A program made the position numbers and the translations under genes. The notes under the pieces are model-generated. The model worked only from the letters and a program-made list of their open reading frames with translations. It was not told where the DNA came from and ran no database searches. Source: Schizochytrium sp. TIO01 (lineage: Eukaryota; Protista; Bigyra: Labyrinthulomycetes). From it: a DNA stretch of 64,000 bases. The DNA lies in contig SMSO01000033.1 in the NCBI GenBank assembly GCA_004764695.1, positions 1,178,001-1,242,000 of the forward strand, read 5' to 3'. Positions 12,615 through 23,900 of this stretch are shown here, piece after piece (the first letter of the stretch is position 1; each line of letters starts with the position of its first letter).

Positions 12615-14483
12615 ATGGCTCTGGCCTCTGGCAATGTAAGCGGGCAAAATAGCAACGCTTCCATGGGCCAGAAGCGTGGTCGGGAATGGGAAACTTCTCA
12701 AGACTATCAGAGAAAACTATCGCGTTCTACTCCCTCGGGGCAGTCAAACCCACCGCCTTCGCTTCCTTCGCTCGGGGGCCTTACCAATCAACAGCTAGCC
12801 GCTCTGGTGAGTAATAATGCTAATAGCAACAATAGCAACGGTGGGGGTATAAACCAACAGCAGACTCGCGCACTCCTAGAGCTTATTCAAGGGTCGTCCT
12901 CCATCAATCAAAATCCTCTTTCACAGGGATGGAGTCAATTGCTTGGCGGCGGAGCCTCAAGCAGCTCCAACACCTCGGCACAGAGCCAGAGCAACCCCTC
13001 TAGTATATTATCAAACAACTTTAGCTCGTCCTTCTCTGGCCAACAGATTGACCAGCAAAGTCTGCTCGTCATGAATGCACTTTTAGAGCAACAAAAACAT
13101 CACCAGCAACAGCAGCAGAAACAAGCATTGTCCCAGCTACTTCCCGGGTGGTCAAGCGATCTTGCGCAGTATCTTGTGAAACAAGAGGACCAACCAAGAC
13201 AAATGTTTGATCGAGATCCTCAAGACATTGCTCGGGATCTGGTTCAAGCTGACCTTCTTTTAAAGCATCAGAATGACCTGCGGAACTACCTTCTTCACCA
13301 CCAGCAGCAGCAGCAGCTCAGGCCAAATGAGTCTTTCTATCGCCAACAGCCACCACAACAGGATCATCAACAACTTCTCAATATCCTCGAACTGCAACGT
13401 CAGCTGCGCAATATCAACGAGGCTTCTGCATCGCAGTCGTCATCTCTTTATAATCAGGGTGCACTTGCTTCTCAGCAAGACCTTTCCAATCTGCTTAAAA
13501 TGTTTCTTCCAAATGGAGCAGTAGGCCCTTCAATGGATTCTATTTCGAGCCTGTTGTCGAATTCCGACGCTGCTATTGCTGCAGCCGCGGCTGCAGCAAA
13601 TATGGGTTTAGACAAGGATGGTAAAGGTGGAGCTCAGCTTAATAGTTTCCATCATCACTTAGCGCAGCAGCAGGGATTACCCACTCAAGGCGCTTCTCTT
13701 AATGCAGTCCAAGACCCTGTGATGTCTTCAATTATTGGCGCGGTCAGCGGGGAGTTCACCTCAAAGTTTAGCAAAAGATATCAACGGAATAACAAACGTG
13801 GCGGTTTGAAAAACCTCCGCTGTTTTCCTAGTTGCAGTGAGACTCATAAGGATCGTGGCTTCTGCGGTGGATCCGTTCTTGCCCAGTTACAGACTTCACT
13901 ATCGCCAAACATTCTCCGTGAAGCCGTCTGCTTTGTGAGGTTTGCCCGCTATGGTGATAGTGCGCTTGAGGATGGTTCACTTGATGACGGCGGTGACCCC
14001 TCGGTCTCTCCTCGCCTTACACATATGGCACAACAAGCTGTACGCCGAGGTGATATTCTGCCTCAATCTAAAATCTTTCAGCTGCAACGAACCAAAGCAA
14101 ATCGAACCAAACCATGGATCACTGGAGATCTCGTCCAGGCGCCACGCGCAAGCACACAAAACGGTCAGACTATCCAAACTGCAACTTTTGAATTCAACCG
14201 AATGCGCTGGGGATGGCACTATGGCTGGGTTTCGAACAAACATGCTTGCGACAGTGAACATATTCTTGAAGCACTTGTGTTCTTGCCATACCCGAACCCT
14301 ACACCTAATGCTTATGCATCTAGCATGTCTCAATCAGAGCCAAGATACATCTGTGTTGCAACCTTCTCTTCGCCTTCTTTTGTCCTCTTCTGTCGACGCA
14401 GGAAGGATCGTTTTCTCGAGTTTGAGGCTGATGAAAACGATGGAACTTCTCGTGCAACCCCTGAAAACGAAGAAGACAACTAG
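12615..14483 (+). CDS. Gln/Ser/Asn-rich protein with a C-terminal Cys/His/Trp-containing domain; putative transcription factor
   Basis: Uninterrupted 622-aa ORF. The first ~380 aa are low complexity (polyQ, S/N/G, polyA), typical of activation regions. The C-terminal part looks globular: RYQRNNKRGGLKNLRCFPSC..H..RGFCG ... FEFNRMRWGWHYGWVSNKH..SEHILEALVF ... SPSFVLFCRRRK. The CDS is well supported; the function is inferred. Confidence 0.8.
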   Translation: MALASGNVSGQNSNASMGQKRGREWETSQDYQRKLSRSTPSGQSNPPPSLPSLGGLTNQQLAALVSNNANSNNSNGGGINQQQTRALLELIQGSSSINQNPLSQGWSQLLGGGASSSSNTSAQSQSNPSSILSNNFSSSFSGQQIDQQSLLVMNALLEQQKHHQQQQQKQALSQLLPGWSSDLAQYLVKQEDQPRQMFDRDPQDIARDLVQADLLLKHQNDLRNYLLHHQQQQQLRPNESFYRQQPPQQDHQQLLNILELQRQLRNINEASASQSSSLYNQGALASQQDLSNLLKMFLPNGAVGPSMDSISSLLSNSDAAIAAAAAAANMGLDKDGKGGAQLNSFHHHLAQQQGLPTQGASLNAVQDPVMSSIIGAVSGEFTSKFSKRYQRNNKRGGLKNLRCFPSCSETHKDRGFCGGSVLAQLQTSLSPNILREAVCFVRFARYGDSALEDGSLDDGGDPSVSPRLTHMAQQAVRRGDILPQSKIFQLQRTKANRTKPWITGDLVQAPRASTQNGQTIQTATFEFNRMRWGWHYGWVSNKHACDSEHILEALVFLPYPNPTPNAYASSMSQSEPRYICVATFSSPSFVLFCRRRKDRFLEFEADENDGTSRATPENEEDN

Positions 14484-14947
14484 TAGAGGAAACGAGAAAG
14501 TCTGCTTTAAGTAACCTTATTGCGGTTTACTTGACATCATCACGAGACTCTCCCTCATTAATTCTTTGTGTTTCTTTTCATTCGATAATGTGGATTAATT
14601 CTCAAAACTTTTTGTCTTTTTATAAAACTAAGATCACCGAAGCTCTTATTCTCAGATTCTGACAGTTGGCGGGCTCTGGTCCGACGCAATAGAAAGCACA
14701 TCTCCAGCCAATTAGGTAAAGAAGAATGATGAACATGTTTTATTAACTTGCAAAAGAGTCGGTTTTTCTTGGCAGTATCCGAAAGGCTGTTTCTCTCTCT
14801 ATATGTGCAATAATCGAGATTCTATCAAATGAGACACAAATAACAGAAATAAAAAGATCTTTGTTTTGTATTCAAACATACAAATTATATGTGCTTGATT
14901 TCGCATAGAACTATTCTTTTGCACAAGTCTCTATGAAAATGTCTAAA

Positions 14948-17900
14948 TTAAAACCATTGAAGGACCCCAAGGCAGTGCAAAATGTAAACAAAGAGCCAGA
15001 AAAAGTTCACTCCGGGAATACACATGATACACAAATGAATGGAATGGTTGATTTGAAATTGAGAGCGGGCATTGGCTTCAATCGCTTCTGGTGTCAGCCC
15101 CCCAAATGTCTTATCAAACACATTGATCACGAAGGCGTCTTGCTCCGCACCTCGAGGATGCATGTCTGCTGCATCTTTGAAGTGGAGGTTGCTTGTTGAG
15201 CTAAAGTCGATTCCTGAGCGACGGTTATCCCGTAAGTCAATTGCAGATCCTGTACGGTGCGATTGCGTTTCCAGATCATCCTCAAACACAGAGCGTGAAG
15301 ACAATCGAAAATTTTCTAAGCTCACTGGCTGTGGGCTTTCCTCAGTGTAATCAAAGGGAGGACTCATTAAGGACAGGGTGGTTCCATCTCGATGTAAAGT
15401 CTGATTTGTAGCATTGCGATGCAGAGTCTGATTCGTGGCATTGCGATGCAGAGTTTGTTCTGTTTCGTTCCGATGCAGAGTCTGATTCGTTGCATCTCGA
15501 TGTAGCATGTAGTCTCCAGTATCATTCATGTGCGATGTGGTATCTTCATCATCTCGGGGAGAGTTATCATCAATACGAATCAGAATTCGCCTACCCCTTT
15601 CTACATCTACGCTAACGATAGGCTCGTACAAGCCAAGTTCATTGAACGTGCGTGGTCGCCGAATGGGGTATACTGGAACGTGAAGAGGGTCAAAGAACTC
15701 GACGCCCTGCTGTGATGCTTCCAAAGCAGAAGTCAAGAGCCTTAAAGGCTTACCTAGATGACGCACAGGTCGTGTACCCTCAAAAATTGTAGCAATAGAA
15801 CCAGTGACTCGGCCCATAAACTCCAACGGAGCTGCAACAGAAGTACACATCAGACTTCCGACGCAATCTCCAAGAGAAGCTGTAGCCATTTCCAGGCCTT
15901 GATCACGGAATGTAACTACTGGCTGAGTACTCAAACGAGCCATCGAATTCACAACACGTTCAATCAAATGCTGCGGATTGCCCAGAATCTCCAACGCTGC
16001 AATGCCCTTCCAAGACTGTTTTGACAGCATGAAAGCGTACCGCGTGCCTAGCTGGCGCGCTAACTTGAGAGGGTCTGCATATAATGCTGTCTCATGAACA
16101 TCATTACAATGAATCACTACATCGCTCCACTTACCAAAGCCAGCAATCAAACCCTTGAAAGGCGCGATTGCTGGGCGCTGATACTGAGTAATAAAGTCTG
16201 TCTCACCGAATTTGAAGAAGAAGGACAATGTGATTTTGATAGGGTAAATGTGCAACTCACGAACGTAAACTAAAACATAACTACTCATGATCTTCTCCAT
16301 CTCAGTCGCAATGTCGGCAGTTTGTAAAGAATGCCCCGCAAAAAACCGATGCACTGGTTCGGTGTAGACTGCCCCGCCATCTGTACTGTCCATTAGCACA
16401 GCAGTTTCGCCAGAATCCATCTTCTCAACGAACTCATACGATGTCGTACGTTTACCTTCGAAAGTACCATTGATCGAGTCTCGCGCACGCTGCACGACTT
16501 CATCAATCTCTTCTTGTCTAGTCACCACCTCCTTCGTAACATTTAGACAAGCATCAAGAAACTTTTCGTCAATTCGGACCTCCATACTCTGCAGAATAAG
16601 CTGTACAGTATCTACGATCAATGTTTGGCCGCCAGTCAAGCTTACTTTAAGGTAGAGCTCTAGAAATGAAACATCATCTAGCTCAGGAACAATGCACACT
16701 CGGTGTTGCACGAGAGGTTGATTGTTATCAACCTGCAAACTTCGCACGCGCATTGTAGCCTCGATCTGACCACTCTCCCCAACATGCATGCCAAGGTCTA
16801 GACCGCTGATACGACCGTAAAGATCTTCGCGTTGTCGCGCGCTGTTAATAAGAGACACGCCAAATCCCTCTAAGCGAACACGCAGCATGCGCGGAATCGC
16901 AAGATCTCGCGTATTCATGTTTGATAAGAGATATATTTCGTACCGAATTTGCACCCCTTGATGACCAGCTGCAACATTCGACTCTAAAGAAGTCCAGTCA
17001 GGCGAAATCTTCGAAATCTCTCGTCGATCATGGAACTCATCAAGAATTGGAACCTGTAGTGAACCGATACGGTCATTACGAATTTGGTCAGATCCATGGT
17101 CTAACAGTGGCTGAACTAAATCAAACCGAACATAACGAGGCTTTACCAAATCAAAACCAAAGCGAATGGGAGCATGGATCCACCGTACATCGCCAACCGG
17201 CTTGCCAATAGTGAGCTTGTGAAAGTTACCCCGGCCAAACCCTCTCGCGGCACTCTCTTGATTAAGAAGGCCGCCATCAGCCTCCGTTGCTCGCATAGAG
17301 GGCTCGGCCTCCGGAGTCATATTAGACTGTGTTCCACAGAATACCACAGCGCGAGGATAACCAGCTGGTTGGCCCTTCGGAGGTCCAATACCTCGAGCTT
17401 CCAAAATGTGCACAGCCACAAGATATTGGTTTTCGACCTCATCGACATGTTGTTGAGTGTCGTCTTCATTCGGCGCCACGCTTGCAGTACTGCGCTTCGT
17501 ACTTTGAGAGTTTTTCACCTCTGCCTTCACAGTACCATTGAAGACCCTTTCATCAATTGAACCATAAGTGGAGGCCCGGTCTCCCCGTGATTCATTGATT
17601 ACACTTTTCTCCGCGTCACCCTGTGACTCTGACACGCCAGGCAGTGATGTTTGTTGTGATAACAACGGTTGTGTATCTCCTCCTCCAATCCGGCTTATTC
17701 CATGAATTGCATTCTCGCACTGGATTTCAATAACCCGTGAAGATCCTATGACTTCGATTGTGACATGCATCTCCACATGTCCAAGAGTATAACTCTTCAA
17801 TTTTCCCACCTTTCCAAGCTTGTATGAATGAACCAATTCGTCAGCAACATGTCCATACCTTCCAAACCCATGCCTTGAAAGACTCTCTCTATCCTCTGAG

Positions 17901-20900
17901 GATAAAATCATTCGAAGTGTGATTGAAGGGCGGTCTACTGATGGCTCGGTCCATCCAAAGGCTGCAGCATAACCTGGCCGAAGCACACTCTCGCACACAG
18001 ACAGTGTATCATTCGTTGTCCCGGCTGATGATTCCCGTTGACTAATAACCACAGTACGAAGAGAACGGTTCTGTACAACGTAAGTCGGAGGGTCGTCCGT
18101 CTCGAAAGACACAAAGCGTGTGCTTGCAGCTTGCTGAGTTTTAGTAACAACAATACGCAACACTCGCAGAGGCATACCGTCCGTATCGAAAAGAGCAATA
18201 GGAATGCTCACATAGTTGCCGGTAAAAGCATCAGAATTCAAATCAATCATGCCAGACCAATCGCTACTTGGGATAGTCTCGGACATTATATTTTCTACCC
18301 GTTCGATGCCAAGTGACACAGCTTGAATGTTTTGAACCCCACGCCTAGTGCTCGCTATACTTCGCGAACGGATTTGCAATTGACTGCATCCATAATGCCA
18401 TGGTGAACGCTCTAGTCCTGGATGCATTACTATGCTTCCCATGCGCCGGTATGCTCCAGTGGCACGTACCTCTAGGAGAACATTGGTTGAGTTCGAGATA
18501 TAAATGGAATGCCAAAGCTTTACCACGCGAGTATTCAGTGTGTTTGGTGCACTCTTCGAGATTGCAGCAACAAAGTTTGATGCATTCACAAGCTGGCGTC
18601 CAGAATAGAAGTCTTTAAACTTGAACTGAAGCGATGTGGTCTTAAAGTTTGTTGGAAGCACATTTGAGAGCTTCGTGCCAAATCGGTGCAATGCAAACTG
18701 AAGTGTCTCATCCTCGTCCTCCAGGATCAAACTTCGCTGGGGTGGAACAATACAAATTGTTGAGGCTCCACTACGTCGGCTTTGTACCACAGCCTCAACA
18801 CTCGATTCATTTTTCAGCCACATTGGCGCATGAATGGAAAGACGAAAACCAGCATCCGGTGTATCGCTAATTCGACAACGGAGATTGATAGGGCCCCGCC
18901 GGCTATCATGTGCACGCATGATTCGGTCAATATGTTCGTGATCCTCTAAAATACGGGACGGTGGCCCAAACAAACGGTTGTCTTCCAGTTTCAAAGTTTT
19001 TTGGAATTCAAGAGCGCGAGTGACAACTTCTTTTTCAGTTTCTCGATGAAAATTCAAGCGGCTGCGAAACCTCTTCACTGCTCCGCCAAGTGCTGTATTC
19101 TTGAATATAGCTGATTGTACACGATCCTTCTCAACCTTATCGTCGTCCTGTCCTCCCTGTGATTCGACGTCACTGTCATAATATGCATCCTCGCCGGAAA
19201 CCATCTCATACTCCTCATCATCAGTAGCGGGTTCAAGATCCTGTACTGTCTCTCCATCGAGAAGTGAGCGCCCCTGTTTTCCTCCGCCAAACTTCGAAGA
19301 CAGGGTAGCGTTGACAGACCTGCTTCCCTTCATTCTAGCCCATGCGCGATTGAGAACCCGAACGTCAATGTCAATCTCTGCAACCTTTGAGTTCTGGACG
19401 AGTTTGCGGTTTGTAGGTGTACCTGAAATTCCATGAATAACAACTGTGTGCCGTTCACGGAGTAACTTTCCCTGTGCAAACTCGGAGAGAATGCTGGCAA
19501 GGTCAATACAACCAATTCCCATAATTCTCTGGTGCCTTACAGATGAGTTATAATTACCCACAGGTGCGTGCCCAAGAGTTGCCGAAATGTACTGTATGTA
19601 AAGAATTTTCGGCACCTCTGGTTTGCTTTGGAGAATATTGTCAAATGTGAAATTGATTGTCTCTTCCCACAATAGGCTTTTGGATTCATTTTGTGCAAGC
19701 TCCAGGTTTTGAAGGCGTGAAGGAATAACACGCTGACGAAACATGAGTGTAAGCATACGTGACTGGTTCTGGCTACGTGCCATATTGGTCATTTCCATAC
19801 CATTGTATTGAGCCGCAGTATGAGTTCTGTGATGCCCATAGGCTGCTCTAGAAGCTGAGCTCCTTAGCGAATTTGATTCGCTAGTCTCATTTGAGACGCG
19901 AGAAGTAGGTGTGGACTGACCATCATCTGCGTTCCGAAGAGCGAAACGTCCGTTTAACCCGTCACGATCATTTTGAGAAAACGCTTCTCGTGATTCAATA
20001 ATTCGAATTGTGATAACATTTCGATTTCGGGAGGTCCGCATTGTATCCGGGTGAACACGCCGTGCAAGTGGGAAAATAATATCTTGTTCAACCTCATCCT
20101 CTACATTACCACTGGGTTCATCAATAGGTTTGGATTTCTCTTTACTTTCGTTCTGTCCAACCTTGTTTACACCGCTTGATTCGCTCTGCGACTCCAGATT
20201 TCGAGAAGGGAAATTGCGCATCAGACCTGGTTGTTGCTGACCTTGCTCTAAATCTAAGTCTGCGCTTGTCACGCGGTCTGCATTTGAAAGTGAAGCACTG
20301 CTGTCTTGATTCGACAGATTCCGAGCAAGAAGCCGTTTCCTCTGACTTCCAGCTTTAACTGATCCAGAAGATAGACGTTGTTTAATAATCTCACGATGCA
20401 AGTGCACATCACGAAAGTCATTTGTTGAAGATCGAGGTGCGTTGACGAGTTCGGGAAGCACCACGTTTCCGCTGTATTGCCGGAGAATTTCATTGGAAGA
20501 AGCATTTTCAGCCGCACCAATATCTTCAGATTCTTGACGACTTGCAAGCCCCGTTAGACGGGCTGCTGCATTGACAGTCTGCACAGCATGTGATAAGACA
20601 CCGCTTGCACCCGCAACATTGCGAGGGCGAATCTTACGAAGATGACGAATTAGCATAGGTTCCGCTGTGCTTTCGATACAGATACGCGGCTGCAGCCTTT
20701 CTGAGAGAAATGAAGGAGCAAGCATATGAACTGGAATAGGAAGACTCCACTCAGTATCTTCCGAGGGCACTTTGAACTGAAGTGCATCGACTTGAGTATC
20801 TTCGCATAGATAACGGCCACCAGGCGCCACATATTTGGGTTCCTTTATGATACCTTCTTTATGCACTGCAGATACAAGCAACGGAACAGGCAAGAGGTTG

Positions 20901-23900
20901 GCAACAGAGAATAGGGGCTTCAACACAATTTGCACAGCCTGTAGGGTCTGCGTTCGTTGCAACTTTTCAACCACTTGACGATCTGCAATTTCTTGCGAGT
21001 TCATTGTGAAGTTGTCTGTCCAACGAGGCCGGAGCTGTTCTATGCGTTTCACAGGATCAGAAGAAGAGCCGCGTTTACTGGTTTCTAAATAGTTCCATTG
21101 TGCCATTGATTGTAATTCATGAAACTCAAACTCTACAGCACACATAAATTTGCCAGCTTCGAGAACTAACGTTTGCTTCTTGTTGGGAATTTTGTGTAGA
21201 TTTATGTTCAATGGTGCACTTGCTGGCGGTTTGGTACCGGACTGTCTATTTCCCACGTTAGGCCCATTTGCAAAAAATTCCTGCTGGGATGTACTTGATG
21301 AAAATGCCTGGTCTTCGCTCAGCTGACGCCTGTGATGAGGAATGCTTCCATCGAGAAGACTCTCTGGGACACGAAGATTATCTAAACTGCTTCGTCTTCG
21401 ATGTTCTCGAATACCATGAGTTGCATTTTCTTCATCATCATCTCCCTCGGCAAGAGCATCGAGTGCATTATCTCGAGCTTTACCAACTGGTCTATTACTT
21501 TCAGAACCCACTGATGGATCGATAGAGCTTGGGCGAGTCGCAGAGACTGAGTAAATCAGACCAAGCTCGTCGTCTGTCATCACCAGAGGACAGAACATAG
21601 TTCTTAATACATGAAGTGGTACTGTCGATGACGGGTCTTGTTTTCGTTGTAACCAAACATCCTGGCCAGTGCGATTAGAAATGGACACTGTGGAAAGAAG
21701 CTTGATAGTATGTACTAAACCGTTTCGCGTGCCAACAGATACACGCAAGACATTCCCGTTGCCAAGGCGTAATGCATAATCACCGACGCGGTCAATACGA
21801 ATCAGATAGGCCTCAAATGAGCGGTCATACTCTTCAAATTTAATGCGAATATAACGCCGATGCAGTGATGCAGAGTTCTGGTCTACGTAATCCTGTTTGA
21901 CCCATTTCCCTCCAAGGATTGCTTGTGTTGTTCTTTCTCTGTTAGGAATCATTGAGTCTTCCATGAACTCATGACCCTCCGAAGTAGCCCTTGCCTCATG
22001 CTCTTCCTCGCTCTGGTGTGGATGCTTGGTTACTATTTCTGTCCAAAAAGGGAGTTCAGCGCTTTTCTTGGCCCCGAGAGCAAAATACTCACCATCGAGG
22101 TCCCACTCGGACTCACAATCGAGCCTTTGATCACGAAGTCGTGGCTCTGCAATCGTCTCAGGCGAAAAGTCATACACAGGCTGATAGAAAACAGACTCGC
22201 CTGTGAGATTGTAAAGTTCATAACTGTGATGGTGCTTCTTTTCCTCAATTGGTGGGTAAAATGAAATAGCTAAACCGTGGCTATCAGTGTCAAGAAAACG
22301 AATACCCTGCAATGCGAGACTGATCATGGTCCTCACAAATTCTTCAGAGATGTCAATGTCCATCACCTCTTCAGCAAGGACTCCGCCTCCCTTAAATTTC
22401 CAAGAGCGCAAGCTCTGTTCCGTATTCTCCAAGACAATAGACCCGCGAACGTGCCAAGGCTCAATAACTGGCTCCCAACCAGCGCGTTTGAGATTAAAAA
22501 ACGAAACTGCTAGTTGAGCTCCAATGTCCATGGTGGGTTCCTTCCATAATCCTGTAAAGGAACATTTGAGCCGAAGTACTGGAGCGTCATGATGACCAAC
22601 AATGGCAAGAATCGTTAAGAAGCGCTCCTCTGCAAGTACCTTAAGACTCTCAGCTCTTGGGTGGTGGAATGGAACTTGCAACAAGGGAAACTCTGATAGA
22701 TAGTGATTGATTGAAGGCTTGCTTGGAGGGCTGTCTTCGAGGTCCTGGCGACGACCAGAGTTTCCTTGATAAAACATCTGTTCCTTATTTGCGGAACGCG
22801 ATCGAGGGAGATCTTTAAAGGAGGAGGAATGGCGACGCGACCCCTCGAAACTTCCGTGCATTGGCTTTGCTCCTAACTTTCGCAATGATCCTGACAGTCG
22901 AGCATTAGAATTTGAGTGACGCAGAGTATCAGGTCTAATGTTGAGATCCCGATCTGATGCTATCCCATAAGCTTGCGAAGATTCACCATCTATGCTTTCG
23001 CCAGCATCTGATGACTTTTGCATAGAAGTAGGGAGCTCAAAATTAAGGATGGAGTCCACTTGCCGACCCAATGCAATGCCATCATTAACAAAGTTGAGCA
23101 GGACAGCACAAAGTAGAGCCATGTCTTGAACCCAGAAATACACGACAATAGGTGATGCCGAAACAGAAAGCTTGCTTACAGCAATACCATCCTCTCCAAT
23201 ATAGAAGCTGCCAGACCATTCCACTGAAAACGGATTAAGAATGCGGTGACTGAGTTTCCAACAAGAATTACTTAGGTCACTCATGTCATCATCAAGTCGC
23301 AGGGATCGATATTTGGCCAGGTCCAAGGAGGAGCGGCGGCGAGATATTTTGCCCCGACTCTTTCGTTTGTGTTGGATCAAACGGCACATACCAAAACCGA
23401 GTTCTGTATTGAGCGTAGCTTTTTCCATACTTTCCTGAGCAATTGCATTATAGCTTGCATTTACGTCACAGAGCGCGTAAAAGGCTTGCGTACCATAGCG
23501 AGAATCAATATGTTCGGCTAAATAAACTGTTATGCCAGCCTTTAAATTAAGTTGCACTTCCTTGACAGCAAGCGATGGCAAAGGAGGGGGCTCGATCAAC
23601 TTCACAAGTGGCATAATTCCTCCCAATAGTGCAGGTATAGTGTACTGCAGGGCTGGAGTTTCTACAGCAAACTCACGAATGTTTATGGCAACATGCATTG
23701 TGCCTTCAAGATTTGGAGGTGGCGGAACCGCTTGACGGTCATCAAAATTCAGATTGTACGCCCAGCCGTATGGTAAGTTGAAAGTGACACTTACCATAGG
23801 TACTAGACCCTTGGATTGCAAGACAAAATCAGTATGCCGATAACCAGTTCTCGTGAGGACAGGGCGGTCGGGACGTTTGCTATCTACAATACCAAGAGAA

